Program-made: the position numbers and the translations under genes
The notes under the pieces: model-generated
What the model saw: only the letters and a program-made list of their open reading frames with translations
What the model was told of the DNA's origin: nothing
Database searches by the model: none
Part shown: positions 61,271 to 64,000 of the stretch, in pieces
Position numbering within the stretch: position 1 is the stretch's first letter
Layout: the number at the start of each line of letters is the position of its first letter
From: Eledone cirrhosa
Taxonomy: Eukaryota
Assembly: GCA_964016885.1 (NCBI GenBank)
Contig: OZ024744.1
Location: forward strand, 117,800,001 to 117,864,000
Direction of reading: 5' to 3'
DNA length: 64,000 bases

Positions 61271-61437
61271 ATCTAGACTGAGTTCAAATTTTGATGGTGT
61301 CAACTTTGACTTTATTTTTTGAGAGTCGATAAATAAAGTTTTTCTTCAGAGGGCAGTTGATTCATGGAATTGATAAAGTGCTGGATTAAATATTTTGTTA
61401 TATCTACTATGGCTCTCTGAGTTCAAATTTCAGCTTT

Positions 61438-61660
61438 CTTCTGCCAAGTGTTGGGACTGACAGATAGTATCAACAATAGAAACACCAATGGAAACATTGT
61501 TTCCTTGGTCTGATCTGATGATCAGCTCCTTTCTTCTGCCAGGAGTTGGGACTGACAGATAGTATCAGTGTTTCCTTGGTCTGATCTGATGATCAGCTCC
61601 TTTCTTCTGCCAGGAGTTGGGACTGACAGATAGTATCAGTGTTTCCTTGGTCTGATCTGA
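61438..61660 (+). repeat. 71 bp tandem repeat (~3 units) derived from a dispersed repeat also at 5846-5941
   Basis: ttccttggtctgatctgat recurs at 61501, 61572 and 61643. Confidence 0.85.
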
Positions 61661-62561
61661 TAGGTCAAAAGACCGCTATATGTAAGTAGAGCTTCTTAAG
61701 TTGAATGGTTCTGGGTTGCTGTTTTTAGCGGTCCTTTGATCCAATCACACCACCATGGGCTGTATAACACGCATGTTTTCTCTTTTCACCATGTGCATTT
61801 TTTAGTTACCTAATATGTTTTTAGATATTGTGGTCCACCTGCTGACGAGTCCTCTACAATATGGAATCTAGTTTTTGTGGTGAAGCATGCTATAGTGTTA
61901 TAGTTATAAACGGATGGTTTGTACATTTTAGTTTATTCTTTTAATTGATCTGTATTCTCCTTTCCTTTTGTAGACTCTGGTGGTTTTCTATCCCCCATTA
62001 TTAAACACTCCTCTTTGTGTATTTCTCTATATATACTGTCTGATAAAGAGCCTGGAATCCTTGAGCTCATTAAATTATAGGGGATTAACGTGTATATATA
62101 TATATACACACACACACACATATACATACACACGCACGCACGCGCGTGAAAATTTCATAGGCCGACTATGATGGGAAAAGAGTTTCCAAACCAATATCAA
62201 CAACATACATTACATACAGATACTCCAAAACTATCTTTATTTTTCTCTTTACTGTCATCCCATTTTTATCAAAAGACATGAATCTTACACCTCATTAACC
62301 TCACCACCACCACCACCACCAGAGGAACACCCAAGTTAATCTTTAATATAGAAGATTGTTGAAGTTATTCTTTATAAATTTAAGATTCAGCTATAAGAAA
62401 AGAATTTGAAAAACATCTGGCCATTATATTCACCAAAGGTTGTCTATTGAAATGGAACCTGCAGGAGGGCACTTTTACAACCCCTTTCTAAAACACTCCT
62501 TAAACACCCCAACTCCACTCTCAATCAATTATCTTGTTTTTACCACTCACTATTTTCTACG

Positions 62562-62743
62562 GTGGATTGGCAGTATCGGTAGAGGGTCGGACGCCATGCT
62601 TTCCAGCATAGTTACGTCCCTTTACGATCTGAGTTCAAATCCCGCCGAGGTTGACTTTGCCTTTCATCCTTACGGGGTCGATAAAATAAAGTACCAGTAA
62701 TGCACTGGGTAATTGCTGGCCTTGTGCCTAAAGTAGAAACAAC
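62562..62743 (+). mobile_element. tRNA-derived SINE, near full length
   Basis: A-box-like tggcagtatcgg, B box gttcaaatcc, and central tttgcctttcatcc...gtcgataaaataaagtaccag domain. Confidence 0.85.
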
Positions 62744-62924
62744 TATTTTCTGTATAAATATGCTTTAATTCCTTTAAATCTTCATCAATACTCCTTCACT
62801 CCCACACTCATTAACACTGCCACCCCACCCTCCAGACACACCCAAATCTCTCTTATATATAGTCAAACATCACAACACAACCTGATCTCAGTTTGACAAT
62901 GTTCTATATATATTTATATATATA

Positions 62925-63460
62925 AATATGTGTATACACACACACACACAGACACAGACACACACAGACACAGACAGACAGACACACACACACACACAGA
63001 GACACACACACACAGACACACACACACACACACAGACACACACACCAGTAGTAGTGAAAGTGCAATTAATTTTCTTAATGAGTGTTTACATTTCGTTATC
63101 AGTTCTTTATGCTTAGTTGCATTAATAAAATTATCACGGGTGTGTTTTTAATATAACACACACGCATATACTTGCACACACATATACACACTCACATATA
63201 TACTCTCACATACACACACACATTCATTCTTTCACATTAACTGATACACACAAACACACAACTTACACACACATAAACACTCAGACACACATGCACACAT
63301 ACAAACAAAGACACCCATGCAAACATGCACACACACTTTCACACATACACATTCATACATGCTTTAGCACACACACACAATCACACACATACATACACAG
63401 TCACACTCAGACACAATCACACACACACCTATCACTCACCCACCTCACACACTCGCACAA
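62925..63460. repeat. (CA)n-rich low-complexity tract
   Basis: Direct reading. Confidence 0.9.
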
Positions 63461-64000
63461 GAATATACATTCGAGTCCGCTTAAGAGTATACCCTCGGGA
63501 ATGGAAAATAGTATACTCTTAACCGGACTAAGTAAAAATATTCCATAGTATTATTATTTTGAGTCTTTCAATGATTAAAAATCACTTTATTATCGTTTAA
63601 AATGCATTTATAAGTAAAAAAAGTGAGTTACACCAAAAAATTTAACAAGAATTATTGCAAATTATAGATAAATTAAGCAATATTTCAACATATTGGTATA
63701 CAATTTTTATTTCCTAAAAATAGCCCAAAATGCTTTTTTGCACTCGATTGCTTGCAATTTTTTTTTCAATCAATTCCTTCGATCTCAGACGGAGTATAAT
63801 TTTCAAAATGTTCAAACGATTGCATCATATAGGACCGTACAGTGGTGAACAAAGTATTCCTTCTTTTCCAGAGATCTAAAATATTGATAAATGATTAAAG
63901 TTATGTTAGGTACCTATGCATATTCATATTATAAATATAAAAATAATACATACTAACCTTTGAGTAATGGATAAAGCAGAGCGTTTCAAAGACATTTTTA

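Noticed and set aside
61490-61530. Permuted hammerhead (GAAAcattgTT...CTGATGA), also at 5894-5930
   Set aside because: The intervening 13 nt cannot form stem I, and there is no stem II.
61826-61900. CTGACGA...GAAgcatgcTA hammerhead-like motif
   Set aside because: Stem II does not close next to the core and GAAA is incomplete.
63481-63522. 12 bp inverted repeat bounded by TTAA
   Set aside because: It is too short and single-copy here to call an element.
59400-64000. Host exon in the less repetitive right end
   Set aside because: The short ORFs have no recognisable domains; a small exon cannot be excluded without transcript data.

Overview
This is an AT-rich, repeat-saturated animal window. 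The tRNA-SINE families look cephalopod/Octopus-like, which is my inference from recognising them. I found no host protein-coding, rRNA or tRNA gene, and the many YI/IY-rich ORFs are translations of (TA)n/(TG)n/(CA)n arrays. Large degenerate (TA)n arrays separate a dense set of retroelements: two CR1-group LINE families, about five RTE-clade families, and at least four Penelope-like elements (PLEs). The PLEs are a near-intact Neptune-type copy, a near-complete Naiad-type copy with direct pLTRs, a decayed PLE interrupted by an RTE, and a Naiad 3' fragment. SINEs, MITE-like palindromes, a hAT MITE and a probable Helitron are also present. The main signal missing from the ORF track is RNA structure: about 23 minimal type I hammerhead ribozyme (HHR) motifs read by eye on both strands, including U3-A8 core variants. 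They lie in PLE pLTRs, in small non-coding foldback elements, and in a ~463-bp circularly permuted 1.4-mer that resembles a non-LTR retrozyme. Three insertions show a snap-back hairpin followed by a microhomology jump, and two of these join an HHR-bearing repeat head-to-head to a 5'-truncated RTE. All folds and alignments were done by eye and none were computed.
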